Positions 9,955 through 18,532 are shown, counted from the first letter of the stretch. The stretch is DNA of 64,000 nt from Candidatus Parcubacteria bacterium (GCA_963718875.1 OY970378.1:1075691-1139690), one strand, 5' to 3'. Numbers and translations: made by a program. Notes: generated by a model not told the origin, from the letters alone.

Positions 9955-10020
9955 TGGGGCTCGAACCCACGACATTCTGCTCCACAAGCAGACGCTCTAA
10001 CCAACTGAGCTACACCCGCC
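9943..10020 (-). tRNA. tRNA-His (GTG) with genomically encoded G-1 and CCA
   Basis: Manual fold: 7-bp acceptor stem with G-1:C73, D-arm TAGCTCAGTTGG, anticodon loop ttGTGga, T-arm GTGGGTTCGAGCCCCAT, CCA at 9943-9945. Confidence 0.9.
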
Positions 10021-10023
10021 TCG

Positions 10024-10287
10024 TTAACTAACGGCCTTCATAATACCGTCGCTTATTATTTTCTCAATATAATCCTTTCTCTTCCAGCGTTTAATTCTTC
10101 TTTCAGCATCTCTCGCTTCAGATAATGAGCCAAATTCTTGATGAAACACAAGCTTTAGCTCTCCCATTCGACTAGTACTTGGGGTACTTCCAGCAGAATG
10201 CTGGGAAATACGCCGATTAAGATTTGTGGTACTCCCGACGTAATACTTACCTGAACTTGAATATAAGATATAGAGATAGCTTTTCAT
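10024..10287 (-). CDS. GIY-YIG nuclease family protein (small stand-alone)
   Basis: YLYILYSSSGKYYVGSTTNLNRRISQH is the GIY-YIG motif. Confidence 0.75.
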   Translation of the reverse strand: MKSYLYILYSSSGKYYVGSTTNLNRRISQHSAGSTPSTSRMGELKLVFHQEFGSLSEARDAERRIKRWKRKDYIEKIISDGIMKAVS

Positions 10288-10784
10288 ATATTCCTAACCA
10301 AAGCCGACGCAAAGGTCGGCTCCCCGACAACTATAGCTCGTCGGGGCTGAGCTACAACCGCCATATAAGTTTCATTTGTATAAGTTTCGAATTACATTTG
10401 TACTTGACAGCATGAAAATTGAAAATTGATTAAATGATACTTGCATTCTGGTGGAGGCAATCCCGCAAGCGGGACGGCCCCCGAACTAATTTCAATTCGT
10501 TGTTTCAAATTCAAATCAGATCGGGTATATTTTAGAGCTCTTTCAAAATCCCTCCGTCCTGCAAACCCGTTTGTAGGGCAATCTACTGATTTTTTACTTC
10601 TCAAGGTAGCACTATGGCTATCTCTCAAACTAAGAAAATCACTATATTACTCCTAAAACGGGTTTTCGGATTTCGAATGGGTTTTGAAAGGGCTTTATTA
10701 CATTTTACCTGTAACCTATGACATTTGACACTTCTTCTAATGGCTAAAAGCCATGAGCAATCCGTCAGCTGACGGAGAGTCGAA

Positions 10785-10861
10785 TGGTGCCCCCGGTTGG
10801 ATTCGAACCAACGACCTTAGGCTTAGAAGTCCTCTGCTCTATCCAGCTGAGCTACAGGGGC
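10785..10861 (-). tRNA. tRNA-Arg (TCT), anticodon stem appears weakly paired
   Basis: Acceptor GCCCCTG/CGGGGGC, D-arm GCTCAGCTGGATAGAGC, T-arm GTTGGTTCGAATCCAAC, CCA encoded. Anticodon loop cTTCTaa gives TCT. Only 3 central Watson-Crick pairs in the anticodon stem by hand folding. Confidence 0.75.
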
Positions 10862-10908
10862 GCATTGTCAAGTATACTTTAATATTAGGCTTTATTAATG
10901 GATGTTGG

Positions 10909-11340
10909 TTATTGGGTGTTTTTGAGCTTGACTTGGTAAACAAACTTATCTACGTCATCTACGGGGATATTATTGACACCCGACAGTCTGCCAAAAGCTA
11001 GGTTACTCCACGATGCTTGTCCAATTTGGTAAATTTCCATCTCTTTCTTTTTGGCAAAAGCATAGCCATTCTCAAGTTGAACCCCTGCAGAGACTCGTTC
11101 CTCCAAAAGAATGATTAATTTATCGGTATTATCAATTTCGTCAAAATCTTTTTGGAGTTCTGCTTCGGGCAGCTTAACCCCTCCCAAGCTCCATCGCGCA
11201 TGCTCCAAAGCGCAAAACACAACGTGATCGGCTTTGCGTAAGGAAACCAGCAAATCTTCTATTGCAGCTCGGTAATCTGCAGTCACCCGACCATCGGGAT
11301 CTACTTTAGACGAGAACGGGATTGAAAGAAATATACGCAT
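10909..11340 (-). CDS. nucleoside 2-deoxyribosyltransferase-like protein
   Basis: MRIFLSIPFSS... start and overall pattern resemble the Nuc_deoxyrib_tr family. Start moved to internal ATG 11340 because the longer ORF would run toward tRNA-Gly. Confidence 0.45.
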   Translation of the reverse strand: MRIFLSIPFSSKVDPDGRVTADYRAAIEDLLVSLRKADHVVFCALEHARWSLGGVKLPEAELQKDFDEIDNTDKLIILLEERVSAGVQLENGYAFAKKKEMEIYQIGQASWSNLAFGRLSGVNNIPVDDVDKFVYQVKLKNTQ

Positions 11341-11568
11341 AATACCTGACTCTTTCTCTGCCAAAGTTTGTGTCCATTTTGTTGATATGGGCACAAACTT
11401 TGGAGCGGGTGGCGGGGATGTGGCTTGTGCCACCTTCCTGCGGTGCTCGGAAAGACCAAAAGCCAACTTTAATCTTTCCTGCGCTCCTCGTACACCGAAC
11501 CTAAAGGTTCGCTCACCACCACCCATTGTACCAAGAAAATAGCCCCAAACAAGCTGAGACTATTTTCT

Positions 11569-11643
11569 TGGAGCGGGTGGCGGGGATCGAACCCGCGTCT
11601 CCAGCTTGGAAGGCTAGCATAATAGCCACTATACGACACCCGC
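11569..11643 (-). tRNA. tRNA-Gly (TCC)
   Basis: Acceptor GCGGGTG/CACCCGC, anticodon loop cTTCCaa, T-arm GCGGGTTCGATCCCCGC, CCA encoded. Confidence 0.9.
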
Positions 11644-11803
11644 ATGCTTACTGATTATCCGAAGTATTGTAGCAGAGAAAGGCTTTAGCGCAAAGGCTTA
11701 CTTAGGGCCAATAAGTCTCGGGTCATAATTAATTTGACTTCCCTGTGCACAAGTGCTATAATTGTGTGACGATTTTTGGCAGTTCTTGTTTCGGTCAACT
11801 CCT

Positions 11804-12571
11804 ATGAAAGGCCACGCCATGCGTCGAGCACTTGTCTTTGTTGTCGTAATCGGGCTACTGACCGTAGCCTGCAGAAGCGACAAGGAAGCCCCTTCAACAT
11901 CTTTCCAGCAAGTAGCAGCCGCCGCCGAAGCGGCGGCTCCGGTCAGCACAACCGTCGTCACAACCACCGCCCCACCAGTGGTATCAACTACCATGGTTGC
12001 GCCAACGGCTACCACAGCCCGGCCGACAACCACGATGATGGCTACCACCACAACGGTTCGTCCATCACCTACCACCACCGTGCCAGTCGCCACAACAGCG
12101 GCGCCCGACATGTTCAGCTCCGAACGAGAGTTCGACAAGGTGCTGATTGGCGGGTCGGCGGTTCGCATTGGCCAGGACTTTGCGTCGATGCAAGGCCGGT
12201 TCAGCGATCTGGGATTTGGCCGTTGGCAGTCCCAGACTGCCTTCACTACCTTCGTGTCGGTGAGCGGCGGTAAGATCGTGGCCATCGTCAGCATCCAAGA
12301 CCATGGCCGCCACGCAGCAACCGTGACGGTGCCGGATTTCTACTACGGCATGCAGCTCGCTGAACTACGCATTTGGTACCCCGAGATGCAGTTCGACAAG
12401 TTCGATACCCAGCCTGCGCTGCGAAAGAACCTGCGTAACGGTAGTTTCTACGCCGTAGGAGGAGGTTGCACCACAGGAGGGGTCGACGTGGTGGCAATAG
12501 CCCTAACGGGTTTTCAATCCACTGCGGAACAGATGGTTCATCTCGGGGACTGCAACCCCGACAAGGACTGA
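11804..12571 (+). CDS. Thr/Pro/Ala-rich secreted lipoprotein, compositionally foreign (high GC)
   Basis: Signal peptide with lipobox-like LTVAC, long T/P/A-rich linker, C-terminal globular part. A sampled 60-mer is ~65% GC versus ~47% background. Confidence 0.55.
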   Translation: MKGHAMRRALVFVVVIGLLTVACRSDKEAPSTSFQQVAAAAEAAAPVSTTVVTTTAPPVVSTTMVAPTATTARPTTTMMATTTTVRPSPTTTVPVATTAAPDMFSSEREFDKVLIGGSAVRIGQDFASMQGRFSDLGFGRWQSQTAFTTFVSVSGGKIVAIVSIQDHGRHAATVTVPDFYYGMQLAELRIWYPEMQFDKFDTQPALRKNLRNGSFYAVGGGCTTGGVDVVAIALTGFQSTAEQMVHLGDCNPDKD

Positions 12572-12578
12572 TCCGAAG

Positions 12579-12624
12579 CCCCGAGGACGACGCAATTCGC
12601 GCGTCGTCCTCGGGGCAGTTTTTT
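12579..12624 (+). terminator. intrinsic terminator (perfect 15-bp GC stem plus T6)
   Basis: ccccgaggacgacgc...gcgtcgtcctcgggg followed by tttttt immediately after the high-GC lipoprotein gene. Confidence 0.6.
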
Positions 12625-12688
12625 ATTATAAAGTGCTTGTGCTTATTTTTGCTGCGTGGTATAACCACATTATAAGCGCCGTTTAAAA

Positions 12689-13927
12689 ATGAAATTTCGT
12701 TCAAAATATTGGTTACTGGCCGCAGCATTACTGATTAACTTTCTACCTCTTAACTTTGCTGGCAACAATACTGCACTAGCAGAAAGCAACATCTGTCCCC
12801 TAGCGGGTGACCCACCCATAATGAGTGCTTACAGAACTGCAGAACGTCCCAACCACAAGGGTCTTGATTTGGATGTTCCTGAAGGTACAGCAATTTATGC
12901 AGTTGAGAGCGGCAGCGTTGAAGCGCCTCCGTATGATGACGGTGGTTATGGCGTGTGGCTAATTTTGTCGAGTGGAAATTATACGTTTCGCTACGGGCAT
13001 ATTGGTCAAATAGTCAAAACCGGCTCAGTTAACGCTGGGGACGTTATTGCCTATTCCGACACTAGCGGGAATGCTTCTGCACCTCATCTGCACTGGGAAG
13101 TGCGTAACCCCGTGAACGATATTGATCCAACACCGTTTTGGAATTCTTGCACTGAGCCGGGAGGCGGAGGTGGATCCACTCCAACCGCTCCTCCAGTAAC
13201 TTCACCACCAACTACAGCACCTGTAATAAACCCTGTCCCCGTTACAAACCCTACTCCGGTAAGCTCGGATAGCAGCTGCCACGCCCAGGTCTTGCGCCAA
13301 GGTACCTCTAGCGACTGCGTGACCCACCTTCAGAACCACTTGAACGGCTATGGCTACGGTATTCCTACCACCGGTTATTTTGGTACTATTACTTTCAACT
13401 CAGTCTGTGACTTTCAAAACAAGCACGGCTTATCTCCGTGTGATGGTGTGGTAGGCCCAAACACTTGGAATGCTCTGCATAGCGGCTCTGGTGCGTCAGC
13501 GCCTGTTCAGACAACTCAACCATCGAATCCAACTGTAAGCTCAAACTCTGGGCAAATCGTAAACGAGTATAACGGGTTATGTTTAGATGTACCGGGAGCC
13601 GATTTTAGCAACATGGTTTTTGTGCAGCTGTACGGCTGCAATGGAACTGCTGCCCAAAGATGGACACTAGCATCGAATGGCTCGCTTCAAACAGCCAACA
13701 ACATGTGCTTGGACGTTCGAGATGGCGATACTAGCAATGGCAAGCGTGTGCAAATTTATTCTTGCCTAAATAACGCCAACCAACAATGGCAGCGGCGGTC
13801 AGACCAAACAATTCGGCCAAATATTAATACCAATAAATGCTTGGAGGATTACGGCTTTGGTACCGGTGACGGTGCAATAGTAGCTTTATGGGACTGTAAC
13901 GGTGGGAGTAACCAAAAATGGCGATGA
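12689..13927 (+). CDS. secreted M23 (LytM) peptidase with peptidoglycan-binding domain and C-terminal ricin-B (QxW) lectin domain
   Basis: Signal peptide. HKGLDLDVPEGTAIYAVESGSV...PHLHWEV is the M23 motif set. A PG_binding_1-like segment follows. QxW repeats: AAQRW, NQQWQ, NQKWR. Confidence 0.8.
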   Translation: MKFRSKYWLLAAALLINFLPLNFAGNNTALAESNICPLAGDPPIMSAYRTAERPNHKGLDLDVPEGTAIYAVESGSVEAPPYDDGGYGVWLILSSGNYTFRYGHIGQIVKTGSVNAGDVIAYSDTSGNASAPHLHWEVRNPVNDIDPTPFWNSCTEPGGGGGSTPTAPPVTSPPTTAPVINPVPVTNPTPVSSDSSCHAQVLRQGTSSDCVTHLQNHLNGYGYGIPTTGYFGTITFNSVCDFQNKHGLSPCDGVVGPNTWNALHSGSGASAPVQTTQPSNPTVSSNSGQIVNEYNGLCLDVPGADFSNMVFVQLYGCNGTAAQRWTLASNGSLQTANNMCLDVRDGDTSNGKRVQIYSCLNNANQQWQRRSDQTIRPNINTNKCLEDYGFGTGDGAIVALWDCNGGSNQKWR

Positions 13928-14029
13928 CAGAGGTTAACGTAAATGTGAATAAGCAAGCTAACAAAAGGTCAGGGGTGGCGGCGCAAAAACAGCACAAGCA
14001 GCAGCAACAATCAGCCAGGATCAAACAAG

Positions 14030-14611
14030 GTGCTTTTTTCGGCAATTAGCTTTAGCCCCAAAAGCCCACTTTTAATTGGCTTGGCGCTAGCAATCCTGGC
14101 CGCAGTAACATTTGTGGTGGTCAAAGCTGCAACTATAACAAGCTTAGAGGAGTCTGTACGACTTTCCAACGGCCAAGAAGTGCGTCTAGGTCAACCTACA
14201 GGTGAGCTTAAAACCGGCATTCATAAAGTTAACGACCAATTGTTCCAATATCCTAACAACAGGTTCAGGCCCATCGAAGCAATCATATATGCCGAGAATA
14301 ATGTAGTCAGCGCCATTCAAATCATAAAGCCAAGCAGTAACTCATTGGCCTTGAGCGGGGTCAAAGTAGGGGCGTCAGCATTAGAAATATCAGCCCGATT
14401 AAGGGGGAAGCTTGAGCCATTAGAGGCAAGATTGCTTAGTTTGAATCGCCGCGGCAACCAAGTCAATCAGTCTCGATCGGTAGCATACTTCTTAAAGCCT
14501 CCGTGCAGTACTAGTGAGCAGGTTACTACAATTACACTAGCTTTGAAAGACTATGCAACCAAGCTGGCTGCGCGGACAATACCTTCTGACTGTAATACGG
14601 AAACAGACTAG
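14030..14611 (+). CDS. hypothetical membrane-anchored protein
   Basis: N-terminal TM helix, no recognised motif. Confidence 0.4.
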   Translation: MLFSAISFSPKSPLLIGLALAILAAVTFVVVKAATITSLEESVRLSNGQEVRLGQPTGELKTGIHKVNDQLFQYPNNRFRPIEAIIYAENNVVSAIQIIKPSSNSLALSGVKVGASALEISARLRGKLEPLEARLLSLNRRGNQVNQSRSVAYFLKPPCSTSEQVTTITLALKDYATKLAARTIPSDCNTETD

Positions 14612-14626
14612 TCATTTTATACTGAG

Positions 14627-15130
14627 TTAGAGAGCTTGGCCGCCGGCATGGTCTGTCCAGTCTTTTAAAAACCAACTTGAAGACCACTTTTTATCAAGCC
14701 CTACACCAGTCATAATTTCGATTCCGTGTTTTTGACAGGTGTCCCATTCGCGAATTGTTTTGGCGTCAACTCTATCACCACCTTTTGTAAATATATGAGG
14801 TTTAATTTCATTGAGCGCTTGAATAACCGATAAATCCCCTTCAATTTCAAAAGGTACAACATAATCCACGCCTCTAAGTGAACTTACAATTAGACTGCGA
14901 GTAGCTAAATCCTGAAAAGGCTTGCCTTTCTTGGCGGTTAGAAAAGCGTCACCATTAACAATTACAACCAGTGTGTCACCATATTGTTTGCTTTCAACAA
15001 TACAGCTGATGTGTCCGGGGTGAATAGGGTCATAGCCACCACTCGTGGCTACTATTTTTCCTAACTGGGGGCGCAAAATTTTAAGCTCATCCATACTTAT
15101 AATTGGCGCACCGAAATGTGTATGTTGCAT
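14627..15130 (-). CDS. cytidylyltransferase-like nucleotidyltransferase (RfaE domain II / TagD-like)
   Basis: GGYDPIHPGH matches the HxGH nucleotidyltransferase signature. Confidence 0.6.
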   Translation of the reverse strand: MQHTHFGAPIISMDELKILRPQLGKIVATSGGYDPIHPGHISCIVESKQYGDTLVVIVNGDAFLTAKKGKPFQDLATRSLIVSSLRGVDYVVPFEIEGDLSVIQALNEIKPHIFTKGGDRVDAKTIREWDTCQKHGIEIMTGVGLDKKWSSSWFLKDWTDHAGGQAL

Positions 15131-15277
15131 AAATAATCTCGACTACTTAGTTCATTTTTGCATAAACCAATTTGTAAACCAAGCCACCAGGCTGTTTACA
15201 AATTGGAAAGCGAGGCTTTGAGCAAAAGCCAGAATAATTTCAGTATGAAATTGTTTAGACTGAAGCACAAAATGAGC

Positions 15278-15352
15278 TGGTCGGGGTGAAAGGACTCGAA
15301 CCTTCGGCCTCCTGCTCCCAAAGCAGGCGCGCTACCAACTGCGCCACACCCC
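15278..15352 (-). tRNA. tRNA-Pro (TGG)
   Basis: Acceptor CGGGGTG/CACCCCG, anticodon loop tTTGGGa gives TGG, T-arm GAAGGTTCGAGTCCTTTC, CCA encoded. Confidence 0.9.
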
Positions 15353-15585
15353 GTCCTCCAAGTTGAACTGCGGCCTACAGAATATAATTAATATTCTTTC
15401 AGCCTTCGCTCAACTTCTCGTCTACCCTCGCCAAACAGGCTGGTGCCTTAGTTCGGCTCGGGTTATACGCTCAAGCGATGCTACTATCGCTGCTCCTCTA
15501 AGTTTTGCAAAAAAATAACCCAATGCGGAGCTCGGTTGAACCTGATAATTATAATGTTTTTGAGAAGAGATAGCCATACATGACT

Positions 15586-15618
15586 CGACCCGGCCCCACT
15601 GGTGGTGGGGCCGGGTCG
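15586..15618 (-). terminator. GC-rich 13-bp hairpin downstream of the pup-like gene (actinobacterial-style terminator lacking a clear U-tract)
   Basis: cgacccggcccca...tggggccgggtcg, a perfect inverted repeat. Confidence 0.4.
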
Positions 15619-15695
15619 TACTAGCTGCCGACTACTTGGCAATGTCCGCCGAAGATAGATCTGGATCACCTCCTAACTCGCGGTCGAAGCTCCCA

Positions 15696-15887
15696 TTACT
15701 GGCCGCCCTTCTGGACGTAACTGCGAACGAATTCTTCGGCGTTGTCCTCCAACACCTCGTCGATCTCGTCCAAGAGCTCGTCGAGCTCGGCCTTGAGCTT
15801 GTCACCTTGCTTGGCTGGGAGGGTCGTGTCCACCACCTCGTCTGTTCGAGTGGTGGATTGCTTCCTTTTCTGTTCCCTTTCGGCCAT
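15696..15887 (-). CDS. pup: prokaryotic ubiquitin-like protein Pup homologue (C-terminal GGQ)
   Basis: 63 aa. ...LDELLDEIDEVLEDNAEEFVRSYVQKGGQ is nearly identical in pattern to actinobacterial Pup. GAGGAG RBS. High-GC composition. Confidence 0.8.
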   Translation of the reverse strand: MAEREQKRKQSTTRTDEVVDTTLPAKQGDKLKAELDELLDEIDEVLEDNAEEFVRSYVQKGGQ

Positions 15888-15925
15888 GGGCCGACTCCTC
15901 TCGGGATGCAGTAATCGGATGATTG

Positions 15926-15958
15926 TTGGATAGGCAAGCCGCTGACTTGCCTATCCAA
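15926..15958. promoter_or_regulatory. 33-bp palindrome TTGGATAGGCAAG-N7-CTTGCCTATCCAA upstream of pup (candidate operator)
   Basis: 13-bp perfect inverted repeat. The half-site TTGGATAGG/CCTATCCA recurs upstream of another high-GC island gene at 54473..54492. Confidence 0.3.
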
Positions 15959-16105
15959 CTTCCCGCTCCTACTTAGTGCCTGCGCGCGACTTAGACAGCC
16001 ACAGCTGCGGCTGTCTCGGTTGGGTTGTCAGTGGGCATGGCCACCTCCGTAAATAGACGGATCCTTGATTACCCTTTTATAATACTCATGTAGTCAAGCA
16101 TTACC

Positions 16106-16139
16106 ACAAAAAAACCACCCAAAGTTGGTGGTTTTTTTA
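16106..16139. terminator. bidirectional intrinsic terminator (A7-hairpin-T7)
   Basis: aaaaaaaccaccc aaag ttggtggttttttt directly after the hup stop. Confidence 0.6.
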
Positions 16140-16158
16140 AAGTTTTGACGCAAAGAGA

Positions 16159-16431
16159 TTAGCGGACGATTTCTTTGAGTCGCTTACCCGCTCTAAAACG
16201 AGGCATGGGCATTTCAGGAATCCGAATTTCTGCACCAGTTTGCGGATTTACCCCGCGACGGGCTGCCCGTTTGCCGAGATCAAAAGTGCCAAATCCGGTA
16301 ACCGATACTTTTTCGCCTTTTTTAACAGTACGTCCTACAATTGAAACGAAGGTCGATAAAACCGTTTGAACTTGGCGCTTGGTCATCTTGGTCTCGCCGG
16401 CAAGTGTTTCAATTAGTTGTTGTTTTGTCAT
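16159..16431 (-). CDS. hup: HU family DNA-binding protein
   Basis: Classic HU sequence (GFGTF...RAARRGVNPQTG...). Confidence 0.9.
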   Translation of the reverse strand: MTKQQLIETLAGETKMTKRQVQTVLSTFVSIVGRTVKKGEKVSVTGFGTFDLGKRAARRGVNPQTGAEIRIPEMPMPRFRAGKRLKEIVR

Positions 16432-16580
16432 TATTAACTCCTTTTGTTATTAATCTAATACATTAAATACGAGGCTTTGGCTTAACTTTAATCCCTCAAT
16501 TTAATAGCCATTCTATCGTGATAAACCACCCGTCTGCAACTATAAGCAGTATAGCTTTATGCCTTATGGTAGTTTAAATA

Positions 16581-17180
16581 TTAATCCTTAAGAATACCTG
16601 AGACTTTAAGTGCTTTAACAGCAGACAATGCCGAGACCCAAGCATCAAAGCGAGGATTGTGATGTAAATTTGGAACATCAACAATTTGCTCGGCCACATA
16701 CCTATAGCGGACAGCCAAGGGTTTAACGCCAATCATAATAAACATTGAGGCAAGATCTAGCAATGGGAATGAATGGTCCCAATAGCGCTCCTCTAAGTCA
16801 TCGTCTTGGCAGTTTACGAGAAAGCGTGCCTCCACAGGATAGCCATTGTCGGTTAACATATAGTCGGACTGTTCTTTGGCAACTTTGTACCATTCCCAAA
16901 AATCATCGCGCATAGCTCGTGAGGTACGGTGGGTTTCAGGAAAATTTTCTAATACCGGTAAAACATTCTTTTTAACCCAAGGGTCAAGCTCGCCTTCGAC
17001 TGGACAGCGGGCGTAAAATTCGTCTACTACAGTGCCGTCCATTTTTATGACCACCGCACCCACGGCAAATGCTTTACCGTGCAAACCATTGCTTTCCACG
17101 TCGATCGAAAGCAATTTCGTTTCAGGTGTTATGGGTAAGGCAGGCTGGTCAGGTTCAATTTTCAATTCATCAATTTTCAC
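16581..17180 (-). CDS. DEDDh 3'-5' exonuclease family protein
   Basis: LSIDVESNG (Exo I D-x-E) and H...NPRFDA (Exo III) motifs. Confidence 0.65.
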   Translation of the reverse strand: MKIDELKIEPDQPALPITPETKLLSIDVESNGLHGKAFAVGAVVIKMDGTVVDEFYARCPVEGELDPWVKKNVLPVLENFPETHRTSRAMRDDFWEWYKVAKEQSDYMLTDNGYPVEARFLVNCQDDDLEERYWDHSFPLLDLASMFIMIGVKPLAVRYRYVAEQIVDVPNLHHNPRFDAWVSALSAVKALKVSGILKD

Positions 17181-17182
17181 TT

Positions 17183-17539
17183 TTATTTCCTTTTTTCGTC
17201 AACGTTTTCATTCTGTTCAGTATACCAGTCGGGGTTGGTGATGGTTAAAAGTTTAAGATGATTGCCAATTAGGTAGCTAGTGCTGCCGGAAGGTATAACG
17301 GCCACGTCACCAGGCAAAATGACGTCTTCTTTCCCATCTATGACTATCTGGGCGCTGCCTTCTAATACGTAATAAAACTCGTCACAAACGGTATTTTTTG
17401 CAGATCCATCAGCGGGGACTCGCCCATGAATCTCTTGGTAAGATAAGCCCATGCTAATACCGGGCAAGGCATAGTCATATAATTTTGACACTCCATTGTC
17501 TAGCTCTTTAACTCTGGTCTGTTTTCGAATAACAGTCAT
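17183..17539 (-). CDS. cupin domain protein
   Basis: Small beta-barrel pattern GDVAVIPSGSTSYLIGN. Confidence 0.6.
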   Translation of the reverse strand: MTVIRKQTRVKELDNGVSKLYDYALPGISMGLSYQEIHGRVPADGSAKNTVCDEFYYVLEGSAQIVIDGKEDVILPGDVAVIPSGSTSYLIGNHLKLLTITNPDWYTEQNENVDEKRK

Positions 17540-18081
17540 TGATGCAGCTTTCTTTTTAATTCCATTACAAGCTCATCAAAAGGTTTATCATATAAAAAGT
17601 GGCCGCGGTCATTCATTTCGTAATATTCGGTTTGCAACTGTTCGTGAACGAAGCGCGGTTCGTCGATGGGAATGTAAGGGTCGTCTGTGGAAGCGAACTG
17701 AATAATCCAACCTTGGTTGGATCGAATTGCTTCCCAATTCCAGGGTCGGTTAAAGTAACCGCTTTGCTTTTCGCCCTCGTCATCTAGGTCGGTGTGACTG
17801 GCTCCTATTAAAACTGATCCAAGAATGCGGTGGGTTTCGGCAAAGCGCATGGCGGCGATTGCTCCCGAAGAATGGCCAACTAGCACAGTGTTTTGGTCGG
17901 CCTTAAGCTCGTCCTGCAAGTAAGGGATCCAATATTGCTCACGGGCATGGACGGCGTCAGGGAAGTCGGGGCTAATCGCGGCAATGCCGGCATCTTTCAA
18001 TTTACGAACCACATCGGGCTGCCAATTATCTTGGCCGCTGGCGCCACCATTGCCGTGAATTAAAATTACTCGAATGCTCAT
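17536..18081 (-). CDS. alpha/beta serine hydrolase (YdeN/RBBP9-like)
   Basis: ILIHGNGG...GHSSGA nucleophile elbow. Start set at MSIRVILIHG (ATG 18081). Confidence 0.6.
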   Translation of the reverse strand: MSIRVILIHGNGGASGQDNWQPDVVRKLKDAGIAAISPDFPDAVHAREQYWIPYLQDELKADQNTVLVGHSSGAIAAMRFAETHRILGSVLIGASHTDLDDEGEKQSGYFNRPWNWEAIRSNQGWIIQFASTDDPYIPIDEPRFVHEQLQTEYYEMNDRGHFLYDKPFDELVMELKRKLHQ

Positions 18082-18100
18082 TTCTTTGTTTCCGATTCTT

Positions 18101-18160
18101 CTCCAAGGATACAAGAAACAAGAAGCAAGTTACAAACAACTTTCAAATTACAATATTCGG
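18101..18160. repeat. left arm of inverted-repeat element flanking the four-helix-bundle gene (CTCCAA..ATACAAGAAACAAG..ACAAACA..TTTCAAA)
   Basis: Homologous to 36415..36472 and inverted relative to 18533..18567. Confidence 0.5.
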
Positions 18161-18170
18161 AATCCACAGC

Positions 18171-18530
18171 CTAGCCCTGACTCTTAATAATGATGGCTGA
18201 AAGTATGTTTTTTAATTCGTTTGCCTCATTTTTTAATGTTTTAACCGAGATTCCATCGTTGGCTTCTTCAAGAAGCTCAAGCCAATGGAGGGTTTCTTTG
18301 GCTTCTTTACGAGCGGTTTTGAGCCTCAAGAGGAAATCTTTCTTGCCTAAAGCGTCATTTGCTTCTCGATAGTTTGCTCCGACGGAACCTGCAGACCCTA
18401 CTAGTTGGCCACAGATGCGACTATTTATTGAGTCCTTTGATACTGAACGGCACACTCGAACAACTTCACGGCCGAAAGCTGTCGTTCTGGCCTCTAGATC
18501 ATACTTTTGAACTGTTTCGGAATTGTTCAT
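18171..18530 (-). CDS. four-helix-bundle protein ('23S rRNA intervening sequence protein' / Avd-like family)
   Basis: ERTTAFGREVVRVC...GSAGSVGANYREA...RKEAKETLHWLEL pattern of the TIGR02436-type family. Confidence 0.75.
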   Translation of the reverse strand: MNNSETVQKYDLEARTTAFGREVVRVCRSVSKDSINSRICGQLVGSAGSVGANYREANDALGKKDFLLRLKTARKEAKETLHWLELLEEANDGISVKTLKNEANELKNILSAIIIKSQG

Positions 18531-18532
18531 TG

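Noticed and set aside
10440-10784. Possible tmRNA on the minus strand, whose 3' end reads ...GCCUCCACCA
   Set aside because: No tRNA-like T-arm with a 7-nt TΨC loop could be folded (only a CUUG tetraloop hairpin). No acceptor-like 5' GGGG segment and no tag-peptide reading frame ending in ALAA were visible.
10753-11001. ORF-track protein (82 aa) containing GWIRTNDLRLRSPLLYPAELQG
   Set aside because: It is the antisense translation of tRNA-Arg, a well-known artefact.
11698-12728. Several long ORFs on both strands overlapping the Thr-rich lipoprotein gene (11698..12294 -, 11776..12273 +, 12065..12313 -, 12288..12728 -)
   Set aside because: High-GC DNA is stop-codon-poor. Only the plus-strand frame has a signal peptide/lipobox, a coherent domain organisation and a terminator.
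15632-15958. Longer ORFs overlapping pup (15632..15958 -, 15636..15914 +, 15742..15933 +)
   Set aside because: Alternative frames in GC-rich DNA. Only the 63-aa frame gives the Pup sequence with a GAGGAG RBS.
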